Under the pieces are notes generated by a model that worked only from the letters and a program-made list of their open reading frames with translations, searched no databases and was not told the DNA's origin. Both the position numbers and the translations under genes were made by a program. This document shows positions 10,549 through 21,155 of a stretch of DNA of 52,954 nucleotides, one piece after another (positions within the stretch are counted from its first letter, which is position 1; each line of letters opens with the position of its first letter). Location: the sequence record SRR20825006_2797; one strand, written 5' to 3'.

Positions 10549-10697
10549 TCGACAATTTGGTAGAAGAGGAGGTTTCTGGCTGAGCGAGGTTTGCCAGAGA
10601 TGTTTCTCAGAACAGGTTGCGCTTACCCGCTTGATTTTCGGCCACGTCCGCGTAACTGAGGCGACATATTCCCCCAAAGTTTCAGGAGACGCTTTCA

Positions 10698-12362
10698 ATG
10701 GCCGGTCCCCAAATCGTATTCCAAATGCAAGGCCTGACCAAGGCATATGCCGGTGGCAAGAAGGTGTTCGAGAACATTCACCTGAATTTCCTGCCGGATG
10801 CCAAGATCGGTGTCGTCGGTGTCAACGGGTCTGGTAAGTCCACGCTGCTGCGTATCATGGCGGGCGAAGACAAGGACTTTCAAGGCGAAGCCTGGGCGGC
10901 CGAGGGCGTGAAAGTCGGTTACCTGCCGCAAGAGCCGAAACTCGACCCCAAACTTAGCGTGTTCGACAATGTCGCTTCAAAATGCCCTGAAAAGCAGATG
11001 CTGGACGAGTTCAACACCATTTCAGAAAAGCTTGGCGAAGACTATTCCGACGAGTTGATGGAGCAGATGACGGCGCTGCAAGAGAAGATCGATGCGGCTG
11101 ACGCATGGGACATCGACTCCAAGATTTCGATGGCGATGAACGCGCTGCGCTGCCCCGATGATGACGCGGATGTGGAAAGCCTGTCCGGCGGCGAGGTTCG
11201 CCGTGTCGCGATCTGCCAGCTGCTTCTTTCAAAGCCCGACATGATCCTGATGGATGAACCGACCAACCACCTCGACGCCGAAACCGTTGCGTGGCTGCAG
11301 AATTATCTGATCAACTTCCAGGGCTGTGTGATCCTCGTGACCCACGACCGATACTTCCTTGATGATATTACCAGCTGGATCCTCGAACTCGACCGTGGCC
11401 GCGGTGTTCCCTTCCAGGGCAACTATTCCGGCTGGGTTGAGCAAAAGGCCAAGCGGATGGAGCAGGAGGCGCGTGAAGAGTCCGGTCGCAAGCGCACCCT
11501 GGCGAAGGAACTTGAGTGGGTTCGTTCTGGTCAGAAGGCGCGTCAGGCAAAATCCAAGGCGCGTATCAACGCCTATGAGGAAATGGCATCGCAGGCTGAG
11601 CGCGAGAAGGTCATGACCGCACAAATCCGGATTCCCCCCGGCCCGCGCCTTGGTGGAGTCGTTCTGGAGGCGGAAGGGTTGCGAAAGGCATTCGGCGACA
11701 ATCTCCTGATCGAAAATCTGGACTTCAAATTGCCTCCTGGTGGTATTGTTGGTGTCATCGGCCCGAATGGTGCGGGTAAATCGACCTTGTTCAAAATGAT
11801 CCTTGAGCAGGAGAAGCCAGACCAGGGTAGCCTGCGCATCGGTGATACGGTGAAGATTGGCTATGTTGACCAGAGTCGCGACAAACTCGATTCCGACAAG
11901 AATGTCTGGGAGGAAATCTCCGGGGGGACGGATGTCATCGATTTGGGTGGTGTTGAAGTCATGTCGCGCGCATATGTTGGCGCGTTCAACTTCAAGGGCA
12001 CAGATCAACAGAAAAAAGTCGGGCTCCTATCTGGTGGTGAGCGTAATCGTGTCCATCTCGCCAAGATGCTCAAAGGTAGCCACAATTTGCTTCTGCTAGA
12101 TGAACCGACCAACGATCTCGACGTGGAAACCTTGCAGGCGCTCGAAGAAGGTCTCGACAATTTCCCCGGCTGCGCGGTGATCATTTCGCACGATCGCTGG
12201 TTCCTGGACCGTATGGCAACGCACATTCTCGCATTCGAGGGCGATTCCCATGTTGAATGGTTCGAAGGCGACTTTTCTTCCTACCTTGAAGACAAGAAGC
12301 GCCGCTTAGGTGAGGATGCCGTCAATCCCAAGCGTCTGAAGTTCAAGAAATTTGCCCGCTGA
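10698..12362 (+). CDS. ettA: Energy-dependent translational throttle protein EttA (ABC-F)
   Basis: Two ABC domains (GVNGSGKST, GPNGAGKST, LSGGE, DEPTN), linker KARQAKSKARI, and C-terminal HVEWFEG. Confidence 0.95.
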   Translation: MAGPQIVFQMQGLTKAYAGGKKVFENIHLNFLPDAKIGVVGVNGSGKSTLLRIMAGEDKDFQGEAWAAEGVKVGYLPQEPKLDPKLSVFDNVASKCPEKQMLDEFNTISEKLGEDYSDELMEQMTALQEKIDAADAWDIDSKISMAMNALRCPDDDADVESLSGGEVRRVAICQLLLSKPDMILMDEPTNHLDAETVAWLQNYLINFQGCVILVTHDRYFLDDITSWILELDRGRGVPFQGNYSGWVEQKAKRMEQEAREESGRKRTLAKELEWVRSGQKARQAKSKARINAYEEMASQAEREKVMTAQIRIPPGPRLGGVVLEAEGLRKAFGDNLLIENLDFKLPPGGIVGVIGPNGAGKSTLFKMILEQEKPDQGSLRIGDTVKIGYVDQSRDKLDSDKNVWEEISGGTDVIDLGGVEVMSRAYVGAFNFKGTDQQKKVGLLSGGERNRVHLAKMLKGSHNLLLLDEPTNDLDVETLQALEEGLDNFPGCAVIISHDRWFLDRMATHILAFEGDSHVEWFEGDFSSYLEDKKRRLGEDAVNPKRLKFKKFAR

Positions 12363-12375
12363 TTGGCAAGATTTT

Positions 12376-12405
12376 CGGCCCGCTGGAAGTCGGGCCGTAC
12401 TTGTT
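12376..12405 (+). terminator. Possible intrinsic terminator of ettA
   Basis: 7-bp stem cggcccg/cgggccg followed by tacttgtt. Confidence 0.4.
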
Positions 12406-12498
12406 GGCCCAAACTAAAAATGAATTGTCATCGCATTACTGATGAGCGTTTGCTTTGCGGGTAGTGAGAAGTGTGATCGAATTTTGGTATAAATTCGA

Positions 12499-12524
12499 AT
12501 TTCGTTAGCATTGGTTAACGAAAT
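12499..12524. promoter_or_regulatory. Palindromic operator-like site upstream of the sulfotransferase
   Basis: Perfect inverted repeat ATTTCGTTA-N8-TAACGAAAT in AT-rich intergenic DNA. It contains TTAACCAA on the minus strand. Confidence 0.5.
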
Positions 12525-12643
12525 GCTTGCGCGTTGTCATTCCTTTGCCGATAAGAGGCTCACCCTTTGAAGGGTGGGGACAGAATGTGCGTATATGCTC
12601 GAATTGGGCATTTGTGCCCATGACAATGCGGGAATGTTCGACG

Positions 12644-13507
12644 ATGATCCAAACCGGCGAACCAGGGGACAAGACTGCGGCTGACGCAATCGTCATTGGG
12701 GCGATGCGAGCTGGCACGACCGCCCTGTACCGAGTATTCCTTGAAAGCGGTCTAGTGGCCGTGCCGGAATGCAAGGAAACTGACTTTTATCTGTCCAAAG
12801 AAAATTTTGCGCGAGGCCTCGGCTGGTATCGCAAACAGTTTGGCAATTCGGACCTTCCTTGGGTGGATTTTTGTCCGAACTATACAAAGCGGGACATGTT
12901 TCCAGGCGCACCAGCGCGGACTTATGAAAATGCTCCGAACTCGAAGCTGATCTTTATCGCCCGGGATCCCGTTGCGCGGGCCGAGTCCCAATACAAGCAT
13001 ACATTCATGCATTCAGCATCTCTCGCTGAGCCGGCTGATGTGTTCGACACACATGAGGGTGAGCACATACTTATGGTTAGCAAATATGCTTACCAGTTGG
13101 AGCCCTACTTTGAGTACTGGTCTAAAGACGACATTTTAATCGTAGATTTCAACGATCTGCTTGCCAACTCTTCCTCCGTGTTCAGGCGGATCGCAGAGCA
13201 TATCGGTCTGGCACCTTCGGCCGTCGAACATTTGAGCAATCTGCCCGAGGCAAATTCGGGAGAGGAAATTCGCAAAATGCCTCGTTGGTGGGGGCAAATG
13301 CGAGATACAGGTATGGGGAGATACGTCCGTTCGCGCACGCCGCGAGTCCTCATCGACTCCCTGCGCGCAGCGGTCAAAACGAGGAAACCCGTCGAAGTTC
13401 CAGAATTCGACGACAGGATTCGTTCTAATCTGGCGCAGAAGCTGAAAACTGATGCGAGTCGCTTTCGGGAGCTGACTGGAAAACCGTTCCGCAGCTGGAG
13501 CGTGTAA
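12644..13507 (+). CDS. PAPS-dependent sulfotransferase family protein
   Basis: 5'-PSB-like IGAMRAGTTALY, KETDFY, and 3'-PB-like IARDPVARAESQY. Start codon uncertain. Confidence 0.8.
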   Translation: MIQTGEPGDKTAADAIVIGAMRAGTTALYRVFLESGLVAVPECKETDFYLSKENFARGLGWYRKQFGNSDLPWVDFCPNYTKRDMFPGAPARTYENAPNSKLIFIARDPVARAESQYKHTFMHSASLAEPADVFDTHEGEHILMVSKYAYQLEPYFEYWSKDDILIVDFNDLLANSSSVFRRIAEHIGLAPSAVEHLSNLPEANSGEEIRKMPRWWGQMRDTGMGRYVRSRTPRVLIDSLRAAVKTRKPVEVPEFDDRIRSNLAQKLKTDASRFRELTGKPFRSWSV

Positions 13508-13516
13508 GCCACACGT

Positions 13517-13552
13517 AAAAAAGCCCCCAACCAGCCGTCTGGTGGGGGCTAT
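13517..13552. terminator. Bidirectional intrinsic terminator
   Basis: AAAAA-agccccc(a)accag-ccgt-ctggtgggggct between convergent genes. The A-run gives a U-tail on the minus strand. Confidence 0.75.
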
Positions 13553-13576
13553 TGGTCTTTGGCTGATTTCAGACGA

Positions 13577-14206
13577 CTAGCTTCGCTTCTCGGTTTCCAG
13601 CTTCCGCTTCATGCTTTCGATCTTGTCAATCAAGGCCTCGGCCGAGCCGTTCGAGCGGTCTAGCAAAGCGAGGAATTGGGCGCGCTGTTCGATTGCGAGC
13701 CAGATCAAATTACCGTCCAGATTCAGGGCAACGTCTACGACCTGATACTTGCCGTCGCGGGTCAGAACGCGCCACCGCACATCCATGTCTTTGCCGTCCT
13801 GACGCTTAATGACCGTGTTGACGATCGAATCGGTCGCAGATCGATCCACCGAATCCTTTACGATCACGGCTTCTCCGCGATAGGCGTCGAGTTCATTCTC
13901 ATAAACTGCGAGTGCATACTCCCGAAAAACTTTCCGGTAGCGAGCTAACTCATCTTCGCTGAAGCGGCGCGCATACTTGCCAATGGCAAAGTTGGACACC
14001 GCAGTCATGTCGGTGAACTCATCCATGTAAGTATTGAATTTTTCTGTGCGCTCTTCTGAGTCCAGGGACGGATCGTTCAGCGATGCCAATACGTCACTGG
14101 CATTCTCCTGAACATAGGATTCTGTCTTTGCGTCTGCCTGGCTGGTTGGGGCAAGCATCAATACTGCAGCGCCAGCCAATGCAAAATATCGGTAGTAGCG
14201 TTTCAC
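13577..14206 (-). CDS. mlaC: MlaC/Ttg2D phospholipid-binding periplasmic protein
   Basis: Signal peptide, FAIGKY, VRWRV...YQVVDV and QRAQF motifs, adjacent to vacJ. Confidence 0.8.
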   Translation of the reverse strand: MKRYYRYFALAGAAVLMLAPTSQADAKTESYVQENASDVLASLNDPSLDSEERTEKFNTYMDEFTDMTAVSNFAIGKYARRFSEDELARYRKVFREYALAVYENELDAYRGEAVIVKDSVDRSATDSIVNTVIKRQDGKDMDVRWRVLTRDGKYQVVDVALNLDGNLIWLAIEQRAQFLALLDRSNGSAEALIDKIESMKRKLETEKRS

Positions 14207-14241
14207 ATTTCGCTCCTGTTGGTGGTCATCACGCCCCGGAC

Positions 14242-14997
14242 CTACTCTTCAAATTCGTCAAAATCAGGGAGATCCTCGTAAGCATCTTCCTCGTCTATGC
14301 GACCATTACGTATTTCTGCCTGACGCTGGGATGAATAAAGTCTCCGCAAAGCGATGTAGGGCTCTGGCTGAGCATTCAGTTGCTCCAGCGCATCATCGAG
14401 GGCGACGCGGGCATTCAGCCCTCCGAGAATTCCACGACTCATTTCGATGTGATCGTCGAGGTCGGGATTGTTATCGAACTCTGTCCAGACAAGCGGATCC
14501 AGCGCACGATCCACACCGCTACCGAACAGGTCACGCGGCGTTGTTGGACCCATGAGGGGCAGGATCAGGAAGGGGCCGCTGTCGACACCCCACACAGCAA
14601 GGGTTTGTCCAAAATCCTCATTGTGCTTCTCAATACCGGTATACTCAGCAACGTCCCAAAGTCCGGCGATACCCAGCGTCGAGTTCAGAAAAAATCGAGC
14701 GAACGTTTCGCTAGCGCGATCACTCTCGCCCTGCAGGACATCGTTCACAAAGATCACTGGAGACTTCAAGTTGTGAAGGAAGTCGCTCAGTCGGTCGCGA
14801 CCGTACTCGGGGGTCACCGTCTCATACAAGTCTGCTGCGGGGCCGAGCGCATACTTGTCTACGCCACTATTGAAGGCGAACATCTGACGGTTGAAGCCTT
14901 CGTAAGGATCGGGAACGGTGCCGGATTCAAGGTTTTGTGTGGACGCACAGGCTCCTAGCCCCATGGCAAGAACCGCAGCAAAGAGTCGCTGTGTCAT
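14242..14997 (-). CDS. mlaA: MlaA/VacJ lipoprotein
   Basis: Lipobox LGAC, DPYEGFNRQMFAFN, RFFLNSTLGIAGLWDVA and EDFGQTLAVWGVDSGPFLILPLMGPTTPRD. Confidence 0.92.
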   Translation of the reverse strand: MTQRLFAAVLAMGLGACASTQNLESGTVPDPYEGFNRQMFAFNSGVDKYALGPAADLYETVTPEYGRDRLSDFLHNLKSPVIFVNDVLQGESDRASETFARFFLNSTLGIAGLWDVAEYTGIEKHNEDFGQTLAVWGVDSGPFLILPLMGPTTPRDLFGSGVDRALDPLVWTEFDNNPDLDDHIEMSRGILGGLNARVALDDALEQLNAQPEPYIALRRLYSSQRQAEIRNGRIDEEDAYEDLPDFDEFEE

Positions 14998-15114
14998 GTG
15001 TGGATAACCCCGTTGTGGAAGCCGGTAGATGGTAGTTAAGCGCTGGCGCTTCAACTCTCAATCTCTACCGAAACACGCATAGGTGATATTTCTGTAAAGC
15101 TGTGTTGCAAAAAC

Positions 15115-15134
15115 ATATAAATCAATGTTTATAT
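15115..15134. promoter_or_regulatory. SahR-type operator (20-bp palindrome)
   Basis: Perfect inverted repeat ATATAAA-tcaatg-TTTATAT, 6 bp before the ArsR-methyltransferase start. Confidence 0.75.
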
Positions 15135-15140
15135 CATTAA

Positions 15141-16118
15141 ATGACTTCACGGCTGTCATCCATGATTGAGGCTCTGCGCGCAGCAGGGGAGCCCACTCGT
15201 TTGAGGGTGTTGGCCCTGTTGCGCCAGCGCGACCTGTCGGTCGGGGAACTGGTGCAGGTATTGGAGCAGTCCCAGCCTCGCCTGTCTCACCACCTGAAGG
15301 CGCTCACGGCTGCAGGTTTGGTTGAGCGTTTGCCTGAAGGTTCATTTGTCTTCTACCGCGCTTCAACCGGGTCGTATGGAAAAGCATTTCTGGATTCCTT
15401 GTTTGCGCAACTGGATCGAGACGAGCCGGAACTGGCTCGTGATGCAGCACGTCTGGACGAAGTGAGCGCTGCGCGTGCGGAATCAGCTGAAGCTTACTTC
15501 TCAAACATCGCTGAGACGTGGGACCGTTTGCGGTCTCTTCACTATCCCAACGATCTGATCGAGGGGGCTCTAGTCGAGCTCGCGGGGATGGGACCATTTG
15601 GGCGCGTCCTGGATTTCGGAACCGGTACTGGACGTATGCTGAGCCTATTTGCACCGTTGGCCGAGGAAGCAGAGGGCATTGACCTAAGTCATCATATGCT
15701 CACTGTCGCGCGGGCAAATCTGGAACAGCAAGGCGTGCATGGTGCCCGCGTGCGTCAGGGGAACGTGACAGCTGTACCGTTTGACGACAACTCTGCTGAT
15801 TTGGTGATCATTCATCAGGTTCTTCACTATATGGACGCGCCAAATCGGGCGATCGCGGAGGCTAGCCGTGTGCTGAAGCCCGGCGGCCAGCTCCTGATCG
15901 TGGATTTCGCACCGCATGATCTGGAGTTTTTGCGCGCCGAGTATGGCCATCACCGGTTGGGTATGGCGCACGAAGCTATGGCTGTGTGGTCTGCCGATGT
16001 GGGCCTCGACCTCTTCGAGCCGCGTTCCTTTGCGCCTCCCGAAGGTGAACAGGATGGTCTCACCGTAAATATCTGGAAGGCGGTCAAGTCCGCCAAACCC
16101 AAGGAGCATGTCGCATGA
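15141..16118 (+). CDS. sahR: ArsR HTH plus SAM-methyltransferase-fold regulator (SahR)
   Basis: ArsR HTH (EPTRLRVL..LSVGEL..SQPRLSHHLK) fused to VLDFGTGTG. It is the first gene of the metF-metH operon. Confidence 0.85.
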   Translation: MTSRLSSMIEALRAAGEPTRLRVLALLRQRDLSVGELVQVLEQSQPRLSHHLKALTAAGLVERLPEGSFVFYRASTGSYGKAFLDSLFAQLDRDEPELARDAARLDEVSAARAESAEAYFSNIAETWDRLRSLHYPNDLIEGALVELAGMGPFGRVLDFGTGTGRMLSLFAPLAEEAEGIDLSHHMLTVARANLEQQGVHGARVRQGNVTAVPFDDNSADLVIIHQVLHYMDAPNRAIAEASRVLKPGGQLLIVDFAPHDLEFLRAEYGHHRLGMAHEAMAVWSADVGLDLFEPRSFAPPEGEQDGLTVNIWKAVKSAKPKEHVA

Positions 16119-17023
16119 GCTCGCTCGTTACCCCTCGGCAGGCAGGCTCGCCGTCTGTTTCATTCGAGTTTTTTCCGCCCAAATCCGAAGCGATGGCTGA
16201 TCGCCTGTGGGAAACGGTTGAGCGCCTCGAGCCGATGACTCCGAATTTTGTTTCCGTCACTTATGGCGCCGGGGGATCTACGCGTGAGCGCACCCACGAC
16301 ACTGTTCGCCGGATTGCTCAACAGACCCATTTGCGACCGGCTGGTCACTTGACGTGCGTCAGTGCAACCAAGGATGAAGTGTTGTCCGTTGCGGAAGATT
16401 ACTGGGACGCTGGGGTAAGGCATATTGTTGCCCTTCGCGGTGATCCACCGAGTGGCATGGGCGAGAAATTCGAACAGCACCCCGGTGGGTTCAGGGATTC
16501 AATCGATTTGATTGAAGGCATTCGTGCCCATCGGCCCGATCTCGGTCGCTGCTTCGAGATTTCTGTGTCCTGTTATCCTGAGCTTCATCCTGAGAGTCAG
16601 GGGTGGGACGCCGAAATCGCGTTTCTGAAAGCAAAGCAAGATGCAGGTGCGGATCGAGCAATCACGCAATTCTTCTTCGAGCCGGAAATCTACCTGAATT
16701 TTCTGGAAAAGGCTCGTGCAGGTGGTGTTACCATGCCCATTGTGCCGGGCATCATGCTGCAACCGAATTTCAAGGGCTTGAAGCGTATTTCTAAACTGTG
16801 TGGCGCATCACTGCCGACCTGGCTGCATGAGCTCTATCAGGGCCTTGAGGAGGATCAGGAAACGCGGGAACTAGTAACAGCTAATGTTGCGGCGGACCTT
16901 TGTCGGAAATTGTCCGATGAGGGGGTCTCCGATTTCCATTTTTACACGCTGAACCGGGCTGGGTTGGCTTTGTCCACCTGTCGCCTGCTCGGACTGAAAC
17001 CCAAACCAGTTGAGGCCGCTTGA
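16115..17023 (+). CDS. metF: 5,10-methylenetetrahydrofolate reductase
   Basis: SFEFFPPK, VTYGAGGS, ALRGD, ITQFFF and HFYTLN. Confidence 0.95.
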   Translation: MSSLVTPRQAGSPSVSFEFFPPKSEAMADRLWETVERLEPMTPNFVSVTYGAGGSTRERTHDTVRRIAQQTHLRPAGHLTCVSATKDEVLSVAEDYWDAGVRHIVALRGDPPSGMGEKFEQHPGGFRDSIDLIEGIRAHRPDLGRCFEISVSCYPELHPESQGWDAEIAFLKAKQDAGADRAITQFFFEPEIYLNFLEKARAGGVTMPIVPGIMLQPNFKGLKRISKLCGASLPTWLHELYQGLEEDQETRELVTANVAADLCRKLSDEGVSDFHFYTLNRAGLALSTCRLLGLKPKPVEAA

Positions 17024-17026
17024 GCC

Positions 17027-18100
17027 ATGAACAGACAAGATCGCATCAGCGCCCTGAAGGCAGCCGCCAAGGAACGAATTCTCATTCTCGATGGATCGTG
17101 GGGGGTCATGATTCAGAGGCGCGGCCTGGAGGAGGGAGATTACCGAGGGACTCGGTTCAGCGAGTCTGATTATCCCGGCCAGATGAAAGGAAACAATGAT
17201 ATTTTGTGCCTGACGCGGCCGGATATCGTGACCGACCTGCATGATGCCTATTATGGAGCAGGTGCCGACATTTCCGAGACCAACACGTTCAGCGCAACGG
17301 TCATCGCGCAGGATGACTACAAGCTGGACCCGCAATCTGTCTGGGACATCAATCTGGAAGGGGCGAAGCTCGGCCGGGCTGCGGCCGATGCGTGGACGGC
17401 GAAGACGCCGGACAAGCCGAGGTTCCTGGCGGGCTCCATCGGGCCTCTAAACAAGATGTTGTCCATGTCATCGGATGTAAACGATCCAGGCGCTCGGTCT
17501 GTGACCTTTGATGAGGTCTATGAAGCCTATCGCCAACAAATCCGTGCGCTGAACGAGGGTGGGGTCGATCTCTACCTGATTGAGACGATTACAGACACTC
17601 TGAATTGCAAGGCGGCGATAAAGGCGATCATGGACCTTGAAGAAGAGGGCATGGACCAACTGCCCATCTGGATTTCCGGCACGATTACTGACCGGTCTGG
17701 TCGTACACTGTCCGGCCAGACGGTCGAGGCGTTCTGGAACTCGGTACGTCACGCGAAGCCTTTTGCTATCGGATTCAATTGTGCGCTTGGCGCTGACTTG
17801 ATGAGGCCGCACATTGCGGCTCTGTCACGCGTAGCGGACACGCTTGTCGCTGCCTATCCGAATGCTGGTCTGCCGAATGAAATGGGCCAGTATGATGAGC
17901 AACCTGAAGAAACATCCGGTTCTGTAGGTGGTTGGGCGAAGGATGGTCTTGTGAACATTCTGGGTGGTTGTTGTGGTACCACCCCGGAACATATCGCGGC
18001 GATCGCCAACGCAGTCGACAGCATAAAGCCACGTGACCCGGCGCCGAGCAAACACACGATGCGCCTGTCGGGGCTGGAGCCATTCGAGGTGGCCTCATGA
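17027..18100 (+). CDS. metH: Methionine synthase, N-terminal homocysteine-binding module (split MetH)
   Basis: ILDGSWG, ETNTF, GFNCALG, YPNAGLPN and Zn ligands GGCCGT. It ends at RLSGLEPF, the normal inter-domain junction. Confidence 0.9.
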   Translation: MNRQDRISALKAAAKERILILDGSWGVMIQRRGLEEGDYRGTRFSESDYPGQMKGNNDILCLTRPDIVTDLHDAYYGAGADISETNTFSATVIAQDDYKLDPQSVWDINLEGAKLGRAAADAWTAKTPDKPRFLAGSIGPLNKMLSMSSDVNDPGARSVTFDEVYEAYRQQIRALNEGGVDLYLIETITDTLNCKAAIKAIMDLEEEGMDQLPIWISGTITDRSGRTLSGQTVEAFWNSVRHAKPFAIGFNCALGADLMRPHIAALSRVADTLVAAYPNAGLPNEMGQYDEQPEETSGSVGGWAKDGLVNILGGCCGTTPEHIAAIANAVDSIKPRDPAPSKHTMRLSGLEPFEVAS

Positions 18101-18525
18101 CGGCCAGAGCCGTGGAGGTCGGAGACCTTTTCGTTTTCTATGGACTGCTCAAGCTGGGCGCGGCCGGGCAACCCGCCGATCTGCCGCTGGACAGTGCGGG
18201 TGTCTTCGGGGCGCCCTGCCGCTTTCGAGGGCGGATGATCGATCTTGGAGGTTTTCCGGGCGTCATCGAGGGTAATGAGCTTTGCCGTGGTATTCGCTGG
18301 CGGATCGGCGATACAGCGATCATGTCAGCAATGGATGCCTTCGAGGACGTAACCAACGACCCGGTGACCAGTCTATACTTGCGTAAACGAATTTCCCTGT
18401 TGGATGACACCGGGGCTGAGTCAGGCGAAACCGCCTGGATTTATTGGTATAATCGTCCTGCAGACGGGTTTCCCTCTGTGGTCGATGGCAACTGGCCGCT
18501 AGACGCCGGGAAAACGAGAAAATGA
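18097..18525 (+). CDS. Gamma-glutamylcyclotransferase (AIG2-like) family protein
   Basis: [22 protein letters not shown] and AWIYWY motifs. ATGA overlaps at both ends. Confidence 0.75.
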   Translation: MTARAVEVGDLFVFYGLLKLGAAGQPADLPLDSAGVFGAPCRFRGRMIDLGGFPGVIEGNELCRGIRWRIGDTAIMSAMDAFEDVTNDPVTSLYLRKRISLLDDTGAESGETAWIYWYNRPADGFPSVVDGNWPLDAGKTRK

Positions 18526-21155
18526 CAATTGCAGCTTCCCAATCTTTTGTGAACATTGGTGAACGTACCAATGTGACAGGTTCTGCGCGTTTCCGGAAAA
18601 TGATCACCGAAGGTCGTTACGCGGATGCCGTTGAGGTCGCGCGACAGCAGGTCGAGAGCGGCGCGCAGGTGATCGACGTAAACATGGATGAAGGCATGCT
18701 GGATGGCGCCGAGGCCATGCGCACCTTTCTGAACCTGATCGCCGCCGAGCCGGACATTGCCCGTGTCCCGGTCATGATCGACTCTTCCAAATGGGAGGTG
18801 ATCGAGGCTGGCCTGAAATGTGTTCAAGGCAAGGCGATCGTCAACTCCATTTCCATGAAGGAAGGCGAAGAGACGTTCCGGAAGCAGGCGCGAGCCTGCC
18901 TCGCTTACGGCGCGGCCGTCGTGGTTATGGCGTTTGATGAAGTGGGTCAGGCCGACACCAAAGACCGCAAGGTCGAGATCTGCCAACGTGCTTTCAGAAT
19001 TCTCACTGAAGAAGTCGGGTTCCCCGCTGAAGACATCATCTTTGACCCGAATGTCTTTGCCGTCGCAACGGGCATAGAAGAACATAACAATTACGCGGTC
19101 GACTTCATTGAGGCGACGCGCGAAATTCGCAAAACATGCCCGGGATGTCATATATCCGGTGGGCTCTCGAATGTCTCATTCAGCTTCCGAGGCAATGAGC
19201 CCGTTCGGCGCGCCATGCATTCTGTCTTCCTCTATCATGCCATTCCGGCAGGCATGGATATGGGCATCGTCAATGCCGGCCAGCTCGATATCTATGATGA
19301 TATCGAGGCTGACCTGCGCGAGCGCGTCGAAGACGTGATTCTGAACCGCCGCGAGGATGCCACTGAACGGCTGATCGAGATAGCTGAAGGCTTCAAGGGC
19401 CAGAAAGGAAAGACGGCCGAGAAGGATCTGTCCTGGCGCGAGGCGCCTGTCGCGAAGCGGCTCGAATACGCGCTCGTGCACGGCATTACCGAATACATTG
19501 ATGCGGATACCGAGGAAGCGCGCCAATCGGTCGAGCGTCCGCTGCATGTCATCGAAGGCCCCCTGATGGACGGGATGAATGTCGTTGGCGACCTGTTCGG
19601 CTCTGGCAAGATGTTCCTGCCGCAAGTGGTGAAGTCCGCGCGCGTCATGAAACAGGCTGTCGCTTGGCTCGAACCTTACATGGAGGAGGAGAAGCAGCGC
19701 CTCGGCACTGTGGATGTTTCGAATGGTAAGGTTCTGATGGCGACTGTGAAGGGAGATGTTCACGACATCGGCAAGAATATTGTGGGCGTGGTTCTGGCCT
19801 GCAACGGTTATGAGATCCTGGATCTTGGTGTCATGGTGGCCGCAGAAACCATTCTGGATACGGCCGAAAAAGAGGGTGTCGATATCATCGGGCTTTCAGG
19901 CCTGATTACACCAAGTCTTGATGAGATGGTCTATGTTGCTTCCGAAATGGAACGGCGTGGTATGAAACAGCCACTCCTGATTGGTGGTGCTACGACCAGT
20001 CCCGCTCATACGGCGGTCAAGATTGATCCGGTCATCCGAACAGCCCCCGTTGTGCATGTGTCCGATGCGAGCCGTGCCGTCGGCGTCGTCAGCACGCTAT
20101 TGAGCGAAGACGACAAACCGGCCTTTGTAACGCAGACCAAAGCACGCTATGAGCGGATGCGCGAAGCGCGCGCGGGCGGTCCGCCGAAACCGCGACTGCC
20201 GATAGGTCAGGCGCGCGAGGCTAGGCTCAAACTAGATTGGAAAACTTACACGCCGCCACAGCCAACGTTTGAGGGCGTGCGGACTTTTGAAGATTTCGAT
20301 CTCGCGACGTTGGCGCGCTATATCGATTGGACTCCCTATTTTTCGGCATGGGACCTGGCGGGTCAGTATCCCCAGATATTGGAAGACAAGATTGTCGGCG
20401 AGGCTGCGACCGGCCTTTGGAATGACACTCAAGCCATGATGCAACAACTCGTCGGGGAAGCGTGGTTGAAGCCGAAAGCTGTGGTGGGCTTCTGGAGGGC
20501 AAATTCTGATGGCGATGATATTTGCCTCGATTCAGGGGATGTCTTTCATACGCTTCGCCAGCAAATGGTGAAGGATAATTCCCGCGCCAACTTCGCATTG
20601 TCCGACTTTGTTGCACCGGAAGGCGATGACTGGATCGGTGGATTCTGCGTTACTTCAGGTCCGCATGCGGAGGAAATTGCGCAAGACTTCATTAAGAGAG
20701 GCGACGATTATTCCTCCATTATGGTCAAGGCGCTGGCTGACCGGTTTGCAGAGGCGATGGCGGAATACATGCATGAGCGTGTTCGCAAGGAGTTGTGGGC
20801 TTATGCTCCCGATGAAGACCTGTCCAATCCTGAACTGATCAAGGAGAAGTATCGCGGCATCAGGCCGGCTCCCGGCTATCCGAGCCAGCCGGAACACACC
20901 GAGAAGGAAACCCTGTTCCGCCTGCTCGAACCTGAGGCGCGCATTGGCGTTTCGCTGACCAGCAGCTTCGCCATGACGCCTGCAGCCAGTGTTTCGGGAC
21001 TCTACTTCGCGCATCCCGACAGCGTATATTTTGCGGTTGGACGTATCGAAAAAGACCAGGTCGAGGATTACGCGCGGCGCAAGGGGTGGGAGACGCGCAA
21101 GGCGGAGCGTTGGCTTGCGCCGATTCTCAATTATGATCCGTTTGCTGTCGACTAA
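18522..21155 (+). CDS. metH: Methionine synthase, pterin-binding, cobalamin-binding and reactivation modules
   Basis: [28 protein letters not shown]12 motif [17 protein letters not shown] and RPAPGYP. Confidence 0.95.
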   Translation: MTIAASQSFVNIGERTNVTGSARFRKMITEGRYADAVEVARQQVESGAQVIDVNMDEGMLDGAEAMRTFLNLIAAEPDIARVPVMIDSSKWEVIEAGLKCVQGKAIVNSISMKEGEETFRKQARACLAYGAAVVVMAFDEVGQADTKDRKVEICQRAFRILTEEVGFPAEDIIFDPNVFAVATGIEEHNNYAVDFIEATREIRKTCPGCHISGGLSNVSFSFRGNEPVRRAMHSVFLYHAIPAGMDMGIVNAGQLDIYDDIEADLRERVEDVILNRREDATERLIEIAEGFKGQKGKTAEKDLSWREAPVAKRLEYALVHGITEYIDADTEEARQSVERPLHVIEGPLMDGMNVVGDLFGSGKMFLPQVVKSARVMKQAVAWLEPYMEEEKQRLGTVDVSNGKVLMATVKGDVHDIGKNIVGVVLACNGYEILDLGVMVAAETILDTAEKEGVDIIGLSGLITPSLDEMVYVASEMERRGMKQPLLIGGATTSPAHTAVKIDPVIRTAPVVHVSDASRAVGVVSTLLSEDDKPAFVTQTKARYERMREARAGGPPKPRLPIGQAREARLKLDWKTYTPPQPTFEGVRTFEDFDLATLARYIDWTPYFSAWDLAGQYPQILEDKIVGEAATGLWNDTQAMMQQLVGEAWLKPKAVVGFWRANSDGDDICLDSGDVFHTLRQQMVKDNSRANFALSDFVAPEGDDWIGGFCVTSGPHAEEIAQDFIKRGDDYSSIMVKALADRFAEAMAEYMHERVRKELWAYAPDEDLSNPELIKEKYRGIRPAPGYPSQPEHTEKETLFRLLEPEARIGVSLTSSFAMTPAASVSGLYFAHPDSVYFAVGRIEKDQVEDYARRKGWETRKAERWLAPILNYDPFAVD

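Noticed and set aside
11229-12008. 259-aa antisense ORF (similarly 6580-7350, 18441-19151, 35844-36434 and others)
   Set aside because: These are shadows of well-supported genes on the opposite strand and have no recognisable motifs.
18097-18525. metH pseudogene or frameshift
   Set aside because: Both halves are intact, end and start at the domain boundary, and are separated by a coherent coupled ORF.
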